A program made the position numbers and the translations under genes. The notes below the pieces were generated by a model that was given only the letters and a program-made list of their open reading frames with translations, searched no databases and was not told the origin of the DNA. Below are positions 24,656-33,408 of a stretch of DNA of 55,110 nucleotides, in pieces. Location: assembly GCA_937862825.1 (NCBI GenBank), contig CALMEF010000163.1:1-55110 (forward strand). Direction: 5' to 3'. This DNA is from an uncultured Armatimonadetes bacterium (GTDB lineage Bacteria; Armatimonadota; Fimbriimonadia; Fimbriimonadales; Fimbriimonadaceae). The number at the start of each line of letters is the position of its first letter. Within the stretch, counting starts at the first letter, position 1.

Positions 24656-25899
24656 GCATTCACCTCTTGAGGTTTTGGGTCGCCTTTGCCACTTTCCATT
24701 GTAATGGTTCGCTTCTCAAGGAACTCGACGTTCGCATTGGCACTCTTTGCGATTCGGGTCGTGAAGAAGATGATGACGGCGAATGCTCCAACCGCGGTGG
24801 CAATTCCGCCGCCGATTCCGTAAAGGCTGGTCGTGAGAATCCAGGTGGCTACAACGATGAAGTTGAACACACCCATCGGTAGGAGCGACTTCCAACCGAG
24901 TGACATCAGTTGGTCGTACCGTAACCTTGGAAGCGTGGCGCGCAGCCATATGAAGAACGTGATGCCTAGCGCACATTTGCCCAAAAAGAACAGCGGTGCG
25001 AGCAACCCGTTCCAGTGGGCGACTTGCTCCATGCCAAGCGCGCTCCAGTTGATCGGCACAGCATGCCAACCGCCTAAGAACACGGTGGCGAATACGCCCG
25101 AGAAGATGAACATCGCCGCATACTCGCCCATGAAGAAGACGGCGAACTTCATTGACGAGTATTCGGTGTGATAACCAGCGATCAGTTCGTTTTCTGCCTC
25201 GGGCAGGTCGAATGGGGCTCGATTTGTTTCAGCGATAACGCAGATGGCGAAGATCAGCGCAGCAATAAATCCAAAGGGCGTAAAGATGAACCAATTCTGG
25301 ACCTGGGGAACGGCTCCCCAGAGCGGTCCCTCCTGCGCCTTCACCATGTCGGTAAGTCTTAGCGATCCAGTTGCGAGCACGATCGAGGCCAAGGCCATCC
25401 CCATTGCCAGTTCGTAGGAGATTAACTGAGCCGAAGCGCGGAGACCGCCTAGCAGCGAATACTTGTTGTTTGACGCATAACCTGCGAGGACGACCCCGTA
25501 AACACCAAGCGACGAGATCGCCATGATGTAGAGGACCCCAATGTTCACGTCCGCAATTGGCGTGAGTTTCAGATTGGGTCCCCAGGGTAGCGTGGCACCC
25601 AAGGCAAAGGCAGGGAACAAGGCGACCGCAGGTGCGATGAAGTAGATGAGGCCATCGACTGCCTTTGGTGTGATGTCTTCCTTGAAAAAGAGTTTGACGC
25701 CGTCGGCGATGGGCTGAAGCAAGCCAAACGGGCCGACACGATTTGGTCCGATGCGGTCCTGCATCCAACTCAATAGCCGGCGCTCCCACCAAATCAGGCC
25801 CGGAACGAGCGTGAGGATGGGAAGGACGAAAAGGAGAACGCGAAGCAGGGCATTACCCACCTCATTCTCCCAGAAGACTTGTCGGAGCCAGTCCATCAA
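24652..25899 (-). CDS. nuoH: NADH-quinone oxidoreductase subunit H with an extra C-terminal hydrophobic segment and tail
   Basis: 415 aa. It has WERRLLSWMQDRIGPNRVGPFGLLQPIADGVKLFFKE, ETNRAPFDLPEAENELIAGYHTEYS and LRATLPRLRYDQLM. The last 70 aa or so (GGIATAVGAFAVIIFFTTRIAKSANAN...) extend beyond the canonical end. Confidence 0.92.
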   Translation of the reverse strand: MMDWLRQVFWENEVGNALLRVLLFVLPILTLVPGLIWWERRLLSWMQDRIGPNRVGPFGLLQPIADGVKLFFKEDITPKAVDGLIYFIAPAVALFPAFALGATLPWGPNLKLTPIADVNIGVLYIMAISSLGVYGVVLAGYASNNKYSLLGGLRASAQLISYELAMGMALASIVLATGSLRLTDMVKAQEGPLWGAVPQVQNWFIFTPFGFIAALIFAICVIAETNRAPFDLPEAENELIAGYHTEYSSMKFAVFFMGEYAAMFIFSGVFATVFLGGWHAVPINWSALGMEQVAHWNGLLAPLFFLGKCALGITFFIWLRATLPRLRYDQLMSLGWKSLLPMGVFNFIVVATWILTTSLYGIGGGIATAVGAFAVIIFFTTRIAKSANANVEFLEKRTITMESGKGDPKPQEVNA

Positions 25900-25947
25900 C
25901 CGCCCATAACTTTACCTTGCCGATTGTTCTCAAGGTAAACCTGTTTT

Positions 25948-26814
25948 ATGGCTGACGTCAACCTCGACGGATGGATCCAACAGTTTCTGGATCATCTTGC
26001 GTCAAGGAGGTCGGCTCAGACGGTCCGAGCGTATGGTTCAGACTTGGCTCAGTTGGCATCAATGACTGGGGGTGAAGTTCGGCTGGATGTTGAGTTGTTG
26101 CGAACCTATCTTCGTCAACATGGGACCACTCCAGTGACCCGAGCGCGCAAACTATCGACTCTTCGAAGTTTTTGTAAGTATCTGCTTGCTAAGAAGGTGA
26201 TCACGCGCGATCCCACGATTCTTCTTGAGGCACCGATCAGGCGAAAGCGCCTACCGAAAGCCTTGAGCCCTCTGCAAACATCCGACTTGTTGGATCAGGA
26301 GCCAACCACGAAGACTCCTGACCGCGATCTCGCAGTTTTGGAACTGCTCTATTCTGCTGGCTTGCGGGCCTCAGAGGTGGTTGGTGTGAACCTTGGTGAC
26401 CTTGACCTCCGGTCCGAGTTGGTACGGATTCGCGGAAAGGGAAACAAGGATCGAGTTGCGGTCTTCGGTCCTGCGTGTCGAGAAGCAATTGAGACGTATG
26501 TGGCGCGAGAGCGTGTTGACCCAGCGTCTGGGGAACCACTGTTCACCAATCATCTGGGCGGCCGCTTGACCACGAGAACCGTTCAAAATATCGTTGCAAG
26601 GTGGGCCCGCGCCGTTGGTTTGCCCCCCGGGACGACGCCACACACGCTACGGCACTCGTTTGCAACACATCTACTGGACGGCGGAGCTGATCTGAAGACG
26701 GTGCAACAACTTCTGGGTCACGAGAGTCTGGCCACCACCCAGATTTACACTCATCTGAGCGTTGAACGGCTTCGCGAGACGGTCGCTAAGGCCCATCCGA
26801 AGAGTCGAGAGTAG
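25948..26814 (+). CDS. xerC: Tyrosine recombinase XerC/XerD family
   Basis: 288 aa. It has an N-terminal SAM-like domain, ARKLSTLRSFCKYL, and catalytic residues in LRASE..., HTLRHSFATHLL, and LLGHESLATTQIYTH. Confidence 0.85.
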   Translation: MADVNLDGWIQQFLDHLASRRSAQTVRAYGSDLAQLASMTGGEVRLDVELLRTYLRQHGTTPVTRARKLSTLRSFCKYLLAKKVITRDPTILLEAPIRRKRLPKALSPLQTSDLLDQEPTTKTPDRDLAVLELLYSAGLRASEVVGVNLGDLDLRSELVRIRGKGNKDRVAVFGPACREAIETYVARERVDPASGEPLFTNHLGGRLTTRTVQNIVARWARAVGLPPGTTPHTLRHSFATHLLDGGADLKTVQQLLGHESLATTQIYTHLSVERLRETVAKAHPKSRE

Positions 26815-26864
26815 CGCCCTCCGGGATTTGATACGGATGGGGAGAATAAGTGCTCCTGATTTGG

Positions 26865-27881
26865 TTACACGTAACGGCTGTATATTGCGAGAAGTTGCTT
26901 CGCGACGCTTGGCCAGGAGAACTTCTCAATGAAGTGGCTCCTTTGCGATTGACGCATCAACTCCTCTCCAGCCTCGGGTGAGGACGCCGACCGCTCAGCC
27001 CACTTCCTTTCAACGGCACCTCGGATCGAGTCCACTGACCTGTAGTCAACGTACTCCGCCCAATGGTCGAAGTGCTCTTCCGCGCCCCAAGTGTTGGAAA
27101 GTACGAGTCCGCATCCGGCTGCTGCCGCTTCCAGTGCCGCTAGACTGAAGACCTCGAACTTCGACGGAAGGCAAAAGACGCGTGCAGCCGCATACGCACC
27201 TGGGAGCAGATTGCTTTCGGAAGGGATGGGGTCGAGGATGGCGACCTCAAGTTCCTCCAACTGTTTGCGGTATTCCGGTTCAAATGTCGGCCCAAGACAA
27301 ATCAATCGAATCCCGGTTCCTTGGAGTGCTTGCGCAAGTCGAACCTGGTTCTTGTCGGGATAGATTGAACCGCAATGGAGTACGAAGTCCTCTTGAACTC
27401 CGTAGTGTGCGCGGAACAGCACTGGATCGCCTGCTGCAAATCTGGGGTCCACTCCATTTGGAATGATGCTGAATTTCGATGAGGGGACATTGAAAGCAGC
27501 CTCGACACGTTTAAGTTCGAGAGATGTGAGGCAAATGATGTCGTTGGCGCCAGCAAAGAGCCTCGTTAGATACTTTTGAGAGTTTCCCAGTAAAGCCCGT
27601 CGCCTGCGACGCAGGCTTTCGGCAGACGGAGTTCTTGTTGATGTGTAGATGGGCGAACAAACATAGGGGATACCTCGCCGCAACAATTGAGAAGCGGCGA
27701 GCCAGTGCGACTCCCATGTACCGAAAAAGTGAACGACATCGCCGACATCGGTGGAGAGCGAAGTCAGGACGTCCACGGAGTGCCCAAGCGCTTCCAACTC
27801 GCGTTTGGTATGTTCAAATTGGATCTCGGCACCTCCTCGAACGAGGTAAGCATCGGGCCTGAGGACAAACGTGATCCTCAC
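26865..27881 (-). CDS. Glycosyltransferase family 4 (GT-B, GT1 clan)
   Basis: 338 aa. It has an N-terminal GGAE motif and a C-terminal [24 protein letters not shown] (E-x7-E region). Confidence 0.8.
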   Translation of the reverse strand: MRITFVLRPDAYLVRGGAEIQFEHTKRELEALGHSVDVLTSLSTDVGDVVHFFGTWESHWLAASQLLRRGIPYVCSPIYTSTRTPSAESLRRRRRALLGNSQKYLTRLFAGANDIICLTSLELKRVEAAFNVPSSKFSIIPNGVDPRFAAGDPVLFRAHYGVQEDFVLHCGSIYPDKNQVRLAQALQGTGIRLICLGPTFEPEYRKQLEELEVAILDPIPSESNLLPGAYAAARVFCLPSKFEVFSLAALEAAAAGCGLVLSNTWGAEEHFDHWAEYVDYRSVDSIRGAVERKWAERSASSPEAGEELMRQSQRSHFIEKFSWPSVAKQLLAIYSRYV

Positions 27882-28495
27882 TTCTTCTTGGCCCAGGTCC
27901 GTTCGGGATTCCGTCTCTGCTTGGTTCCCCTAAGTTGGAAGCACGCACGACAGCGCGCTTCGTAGGCTTCGGTAGCACCGATCAGGATGATGGGGTCATC
28001 GCGGTGGGCAGGCTTGCCGTTAATCACGCGGTAGGTGTGGCAGGCAGGCGCGCCACAGTTCATACAGATTGCGCGGAGTTTGATGACTTGGTCAGCGACA
28101 GCCAGTAAGTCTCCCATGGGACCGAAAGGTTCTCGCCTAAAATCTTGATCCAGTCCCGCGAGAATGACTTCCCGTCCCGAATCTGCAAGGTCAACGGCGA
28201 GGTCAACCAGCGAGTTGTCAAAGAACTGGGCCTCTTCGATCAGCACGACCTCTGTGCTCGGCAGGATTTGAGATTCCAAATCGGCAACCGATTTAACCGG
28301 TACCGCCTCGTGTTTCACGCCCATGTGCGTTACAACCATGGTTTCGTCATAGCGCGTGTCTATCACTGGTTTGAAGACTTGCACCTTCTTCCTCGCATAG
28401 AGGGCGCGCCGGGCCAACCGGATGAGTTCCTCGCTCTTTCCGGCGAACATGCTGCCACAAACCACGGTGAGTTGCCCTTGGGTCTTCACTTGCAA
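27878..28495 (-). CDS. tdk: Thymidine kinase
   Basis: [14 protein letters not shown] (P-loop), IEEAQFF, and a C-terminal zinc ribbon C..C......R ([13 protein letters not shown] ... CRAC). The start is TTG 28495 or GTG 28489. Confidence 0.9.
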   Translation of the reverse strand: MQVKTQGQLTVVCGSMFAGKSEELIRLARRALYARKKVQVFKPVIDTRYDETMVVTHMGVKHEAVPVKSVADLESQILPSTEVVLIEEAQFFDNSLVDLAVDLADSGREVILAGLDQDFRREPFGPMGDLLAVADQVIKLRAICMNCGAPACHTYRVINGKPAHRDDPIILIGATEAYEARCRACFQLRGTKQRRNPERTWAKKK

Positions 28496-28512
28496 GAAGG
28501 GAGTTTAGACCA

Positions 28513-28527
28513 TTCGCAATTTGCGAA
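28513..28527. promoter_or_regulatory. Perfect 15-bp palindrome TTCGCAA-T-TTGCGAA in the tdk/ruvC divergent region (candidate operator)
   Basis: Seen directly in the sequence. It is 73 nt upstream of the ruvC ATG and about 18 nt upstream of the tdk start. Confidence 0.3.
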
Positions 28528-28599
28528 ATTTGTGACGTGTTCAGTTTGTTTAGAACGGACAAGCGAGAACTTAGAGGAAACTAATCTGATTGGGGAAGC

Positions 28600-29082
28600 A
28601 TGCGCGTACTTGGAATTGACCCTGGTTTGGAGCGAATCGGATTCGGCGTGATTGATCGCGTCGGCTCGAAACTGCATGTTGTCACTTATGGGTTGATCGA
28701 GACACCGCGCATTGGTTTTGCCGACCGCCTCCTTATCCTCCACCAAGAACTTCGTCAGTTGATCGAAATGCACAAGCCAGATACCATGGCCACTGAGAAA
28801 CTCCTATTCTCAGTCAACCGGAAGACCGCGATGGATGTTGCCAAGGCGCTGGGAGTGATCATCCTAACGAGTTCGGAGACGGGCTTGCCTTGGACCGAGT
28901 ACTCACCTCCAGAAGTTAAACTTGCGGTTGTTGGAAATGGGTCAGCCGAGAAGAAACAAGTTCAGTTCATGGTGACGAAGTTGCTTGGGTTGCTCGAAAC
29001 GCCCAAGCCCGACGACGTCGCCGATGCCCTGGCTATCGCGATTTGTCACGCGATGAAGTCACGACTGGAGGTCCGGCTTTGA
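28600..29082 (+). CDS. ruvC: Crossover junction endodeoxyribonuclease RuvC
   Basis: MRVLGIDPGLERIGFGVID..., E at ATEKLLF, and C-terminal PDDVADALAIAICH match the RuvC catalytic motifs. Confidence 0.92.
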   Translation: MRVLGIDPGLERIGFGVIDRVGSKLHVVTYGLIETPRIGFADRLLILHQELRQLIEMHKPDTMATEKLLFSVNRKTAMDVAKALGVIILTSSETGLPWTEYSPPEVKLAVVGNGSAEKKQVQFMVTKLLGLLETPKPDDVADALAIAICHAMKSRLEVRL

Positions 29083-29744
29083 GCACGTATCAGCCCGTCC
29101 CCTACAGCATCCCTTATCGAACTGCCATCGAGATCATTGAGACCCTGAACGAACACTACTCGCAGATGTCTTCTCGGCGTAGCGTAAGGCTTTTCTCGCC
29201 CAAGCCGGTGCCAAAGGAGGCGATTGAGCACGCGATTCGCATTGCCGGAACCGCCCCAAGCGGTGCGCATCGCCAGCCGTGGCACTTCGTTGCGATCTCC
29301 AATCCAGAGATCAAACAGCGCATACGCGAGGCGGCCGAGAAGGAAGAGAGGCTCTTTTACGAAAAGCGCGCTCCGCAAAGTTGGCTCGACGCAGTCGCGC
29401 CGTTGGGTACCGATTTTGAAAAGTCCCACTTGACCGACGCGCCTTGGATCATCGTCGTGTTTCGCGAAGACTACACGATGTTGCCGAGTGGCGACCGGAT
29501 CAAGAACTACTATATGTCGGAATCTGTAGGTATCGCCGTCGGGTTCCTGCTCTATGCCTTGCACTGTGCCGTTCTGGCGGCGTTAACGCACACGCCCCCA
29601 CCGATGACGTTTCTTCGGGTCCTTTGCGGTAGGCCTGCGAACGAGAGACCATTTGTCGTCATCCCGATTGGCTACCCGGCTGACGACTGCGTCGTCCCTG
29701 ATGTGCAGCGCAAGGATTTGGACGAAATTTCAACGTTCGTGTGA
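29079..29744 (+). CDS. Nitroreductase-superfamily protein, iodotyrosine deiodinase (IYD)-like
   Basis: RRSVRLFSPKPVPKEAIEHAIRIAGTAPSGAHRQPWHFVAISNPEIKQRIREAAEKEE...FY..R....W......LGTDFEKSHLTDAPWIIVVF aligns well, from memory, with animal and bacterial IYD (RRSVRF....VP...I...I..AGTAPSGAH.EPW.FVVV.D...K..IR...E.EE). The likely start is TTG 29079, overlapping the ruvC TGA (TTGA). The track start is 29043. Confidence 0.8.
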   Translation: MSTYQPVPYSIPYRTAIEIIETLNEHYSQMSSRRSVRLFSPKPVPKEAIEHAIRIAGTAPSGAHRQPWHFVAISNPEIKQRIREAAEKEERLFYEKRAPQSWLDAVAPLGTDFEKSHLTDAPWIIVVFREDYTMLPSGDRIKNYYMSESVGIAVGFLLYALHCAVLAALTHTPPPMTFLRVLCGRPANERPFVVIPIGYPADDCVVPDVQRKDLDEISTFV

Positions 29745-29805
29745 CGACAGCATCGAAGTGGTTCGCAAATGGGCGCAGTGTAACTGCAGTGTAAAATCCT
29801 TAACC

Positions 29806-30237
29806 ATGGCTAAGGAGTCTGACCTCAGCAAAGCAAGAGCACGATTTGAGAAAGCGCGGGCCGACAACGCTGCTGAACTCGCCTCCGACTACGCCGAACT
29901 GATCGAAGACCTTATCAAGGAAACCGGTGAAGCCAGGGCCGTTGATCTTGCATCACGAATGGGAGTGAGTCACGTCACCGTGTCCAAAGCATTGCAGAGG
30001 CTCATGCGGGATGGATATGTGACTTACAAGCCTTACCGGAGCATTTTTCTGACGGAACAGGGAAAGGCCCTTGCTGCCGCATCCAGGGAGAGGCACAACC
30101 TCGTTCTCCAGTTTCTCCATTGGCTTGGCGTTCCACCCGACATTGCAGAGCAGGATGCCGAAGGACTGGAGCATCACCTTAGCGAGGCTACTCTAGCGGC
30201 GTTGAAAAAGAAACTGCATGCCTCCAAGGTAACCTAA
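29806..30237 (+). CDS. mntR: DtxR/MntR-family metal-dependent transcriptional regulator
   Basis: From ATG 29806: AELASDYAELIEDLIKETGEARAVDLASRMGVSHVTVSKALQRLMRDGYVTYKPYRSIFLTEQGKALA...RH.....FL..LGV........AEGLEHHLS. At 143 aa it is MntR-sized. The upstream part of the track ORF overlaps the previous gene. Confidence 0.8.
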   Translation: MAKESDLSKARARFEKARADNAAELASDYAELIEDLIKETGEARAVDLASRMGVSHVTVSKALQRLMRDGYVTYKPYRSIFLTEQGKALAAASRERHNLVLQFLHWLGVPPDIAEQDAEGLEHHLSEATLAALKKKLHASKVT

Positions 30238-30242
30238 CTTGC

Positions 30243-32246
30243 ATGCCCAAGCGTGCCATCACGCCCGAAGACCTGCTTGCCATAACAATCGTCGCCGATC
30301 CACAAATCAGCCCGGATGGATCACGGATTCTGTTTGCCAAAAAGGACGCTAACGACAAGAACAAGGTCGTTTCAAACCTATTCACAGTTGACCTTGGCGG
30401 ACATGTTCAGCAATGGACGCAAGGCGAGGGTGGGGCAGGTATGGGACGCTGGTCTTCCGATGGTTCACAGATTGCGTTTATCAGCGGCAGAGATGAAAAG
30501 CGTCCCCAGATCTTTGTGATGAGCACTTCGGGCGGGGAGGCGAAAAAGCTCACTTCGCTCGATGAGGGCACCATCGGCGAAATCAAGTGGTCTCCAGACG
30601 GGCGCAAGATTGCTTACTCATATCGAAGAACGAGCGACGAATGGACTCAAGCGGCAGCCAAGTCCCGCCAAGCCGCTGGGCTCAGCACGCCTCCGCGGGT
30701 CACAGAATCAACCTGGTACCGCTTTGACGGAGATGGCTATTTCCTTTCAGATCGTTTCGCGATTTTCATTGTGGATGTGGCTACGGGTGAGTCGGCTCTT
30801 GTTTATGACAAGGCGCCAATGGATCAGTTCTCATTCGACTGGGCTCCTAACTCGAATGAGATTGTCGTCGTCCACAGTGCAAACAAGCGTCCCGACTTCG
30901 ACCCCGCGAACGACCAACTGTATCGCGTTGATCTGAGTGGTCAGGCTTGGAAACTCGAGGGACCGCCTGCGGGCCCAAAGTATTCCGTCCGTTGGTCTCC
31001 CGATGGAAAGTCAATTGCTTATCTCGGACACTCCGATTCAGAGGACCCCTGGGGAGTTCGCAACATTCGCCTTTGGATTGTGGCGGCTGATGGTGGGGAG
31101 GCCCGTTGCCTTACTTCGGAAGATGATTTTTGCTTGGATGTGGCCACACTTGGCGACTGTAAGGAATCTCCGGACGGGGTGCTCTGCTGGAGTCCTGACT
31201 CCAAAGCGATTTATCTGAGCATTGGCTGGCATGGCGCTGTTCAGTTGGGCTATGTTGAGGTTGAGAAGGGCGGGGTTCAGTTGCTTACCGAGGGGTGCCA
31301 CACAATCGCGGTGGGGAACGTCAGCCGCGACGGTGAGAAGATCGCTTGCTTGACTGGCGACGCCCTACGACCCAGTGAAGTAGCGGTTTACGACCTTTCC
31401 AAACACCCAAAATGGCCCGATGCTCTAACTCGTTTTAATCAGGACTTGCTCGACGAACTGAAGTTGTCCGAGCCTGAGGAACTGTGGCTCGATACGCCGG
31501 ATGGCACCAAGGTTCACGCATGGGTCATGAAGCCCGTTGACTATCTTGAGCCAAGGCGTTATCCAGCAGTGCTCGAGATTCACGGCGGTCCACACACTCA
31601 ATATGGTTGGACCTTCTTCCACGAGTTTCAACTTCTTGCCGCTCAGGGATATGTTGTTGTCTATTCCAACCCGCGTGGTTCGAAGGGCTATGGCGAAGCC
31701 CATTGCGCCGCCATTCGTGGCGATTGGGGAAACACCGACTGGATCGATATCGAGACTGTAATGCGGTGGATGCAGCACCAACCGTACATTCATCCCGGCC
31801 AGATGGGCGTTATGGGCGGTTCTTATGGCGGCTACATGACCAACTGGGTGGTCAGCCACACGAACGACTTCAAGGCGGCGATTACCGACCGCTGTGTTTC
31901 AAATCTCGTCTCATTTTCGGGAAGTAGCGACTTTCCACAGGTCGCGGACACCTATTGGAAAGGCGTCTTTTACGGCGACATTGAGAATCTGTGGCGTTGC
32001 TCGCCCATCGCCCATTTCCAGAATGTCAAAACACCGATGCTCATCATTCATAGTGAAGGCGACTTGCGCTGTAACATCGAACAAAGTGAGCAGGTGTTTA
32101 TGGCGCTCAAGCAACTGGACGTTGAGGCTCGCTTTGTGCGGTATCCGGTCGAAACTTCACATGGCATGAGCCGAAATGGTCCCCCTGACATGCGACTGCA
32201 CCGCCTAGGCGAGATCGTGAACTGGTGGAAAAAGCACCTGGCCTAG
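30243..32246 (+). CDS. S9 family serine peptidase (acylaminoacyl-peptidase/prolyl oligopeptidase type) with an N-terminal beta-propeller
   Basis: 667 aa. It has TolB-like propeller repeats (SPDGS/WSPDG x several), and the catalytic domain has GGSYGGYM, GDLRC and SHGM. Confidence 0.88.
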   Translation: MPKRAITPEDLLAITIVADPQISPDGSRILFAKKDANDKNKVVSNLFTVDLGGHVQQWTQGEGGAGMGRWSSDGSQIAFISGRDEKRPQIFVMSTSGGEAKKLTSLDEGTIGEIKWSPDGRKIAYSYRRTSDEWTQAAAKSRQAAGLSTPPRVTESTWYRFDGDGYFLSDRFAIFIVDVATGESALVYDKAPMDQFSFDWAPNSNEIVVVHSANKRPDFDPANDQLYRVDLSGQAWKLEGPPAGPKYSVRWSPDGKSIAYLGHSDSEDPWGVRNIRLWIVAADGGEARCLTSEDDFCLDVATLGDCKESPDGVLCWSPDSKAIYLSIGWHGAVQLGYVEVEKGGVQLLTEGCHTIAVGNVSRDGEKIACLTGDALRPSEVAVYDLSKHPKWPDALTRFNQDLLDELKLSEPEELWLDTPDGTKVHAWVMKPVDYLEPRRYPAVLEIHGGPHTQYGWTFFHEFQLLAAQGYVVVYSNPRGSKGYGEAHCAAIRGDWGNTDWIDIETVMRWMQHQPYIHPGQMGVMGGSYGGYMTNWVVSHTNDFKAAITDRCVSNLVSFSGSSDFPQVADTYWKGVFYGDIENLWRCSPIAHFQNVKTPMLIIHSEGDLRCNIEQSEQVFMALKQLDVEARFVRYPVETSHGMSRNGPPDMRLHRLGEIVNWWKKHLA

Positions 32247-33220
32247 CCTTTGCGTTCAAACAAGGTTCGAATCACCTCGTCAATATCAACATCTTCAACC
32301 GCGATGTCGCTGACAGGCAACGCGTTCAGAACTGAACCCGTGACGGCAGCCACTTCTGCTCGGGGGATGTCCAGCACGGCGATTGAGTCTTCATAGGAGA
32401 GTACTTTTCCAAAGCGCTCCAAATCTGCCTGTTGAACCTCCTCCGAAAACGAAAGGCGTAGCCGCCTCGAATCGGAGAACCGTTGGGAAAGCGAGTCAAG
32501 TGTCCCGTCGAAAATCATGGTTCCGTGGTCAATAACCACTACGCGTTTGCACAGTTCTTGGACATCCTGCATGTAATGCGACGTCAGGATGATGGTGCAG
32601 CCATCTTGGCGATGAAGTTCACGTAAGAAGTCTCGAATTCGCTTCTGTGAAACAACGTCCAGGCCGATGGTGGGCTCGTCAAGAAACACCACTGACGGGC
32701 GGTGCAACAGCGCGGCGACGAGTTCACACTTCATCCGCTCGCCAAGCGAGAGTTTTCGGACCTGAGTTTGGATCTTGTCCGAGATCTGAAGCGTTTCAAC
32801 CAGGAAGTCAACCCGCTCCTTGAATAAGTCGTGAGGTACATCGTACAACTCACGGAGGACGACGAAACTGTCCCAAGCGGGGAGGTCCCACCAGAGTTGC
32901 ATCTTGTTTCCCATGACCAACGAGATCTTCCGTAGCATCTCGGGGTTACGGTCGGTCGGTCGATATCCGAGTACCTTGGCCTCTCCGGAAGTGGGGTAGA
33001 GGATTCCGGTCAGCATTTTGATCGTCGTTGTCTTGCCCGCCCCGTTTGGGCCGAGAAAGCCGACAAGTTCGCCCTGCTCAATTCGCAAAGAAACGTTCTT
33101 AACCGCTTGAACTTCGGTTTTTTCCCGGCTAAAGAGACCCTTTAGTGAGCCAACGATTCCTGGCTGCTTCTTTACAGAAACGTAGGTTTTGCAGAGGTCC
33201 ACAGTTTCAATCGCTGGCAC
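32243..33220 (-). CDS. ABC transporter ATP-binding protein (ABC-2/DrrA-like with a C-terminal extension)
   Basis: Walker A is GPNGAGKTTT, the signature is LSLGERMK, Walker B is VVFLDEPTIGLD, and the H-loop is LTSHYM. There is no permease gene next to it. Confidence 0.88.
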   Translation of the reverse strand: MPAIETVDLCKTYVSVKKQPGIVGSLKGLFSREKTEVQAVKNVSLRIEQGELVGFLGPNGAGKTTTIKMLTGILYPTSGEAKVLGYRPTDRNPEMLRKISLVMGNKMQLWWDLPAWDSFVVLRELYDVPHDLFKERVDFLVETLQISDKIQTQVRKLSLGERMKCELVAALLHRPSVVFLDEPTIGLDVVSQKRIRDFLRELHRQDGCTIILTSHYMQDVQELCKRVVVIDHGTMIFDGTLDSLSQRFSDSRRLRLSFSEEVQQADLERFGKVLSYEDSIAVLDIPRAEVAAVTGSVLNALPVSDIAVEDVDIDEVIRTLFERKG

Positions 33221-33270
33221 GGGGAAGACGATACCCGGACGCTATGCGTCGGGTATTATCTTTTGTCTTC

Positions 33271-33347
<77 letters not shown>

Positions 33348-33408
33348 ATCCCGACATTCGGCTTTTGGGAAGGCAGTTTCCGCATCCCCCCGGGTTGGTT
33401 TCGAAGTG

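Noticed and set aside
25948-26814. Tyrosine recombinase as a marker of an integrated mobile element
   Set aside because: Its size, N-terminal SAM-like domain and motif pattern match housekeeping XerC/XerD. It is not next to a tRNA gene, no flanking direct repeats were seen, and the neighbours are core genes (nuoH, glycosyltransferase, tdk).
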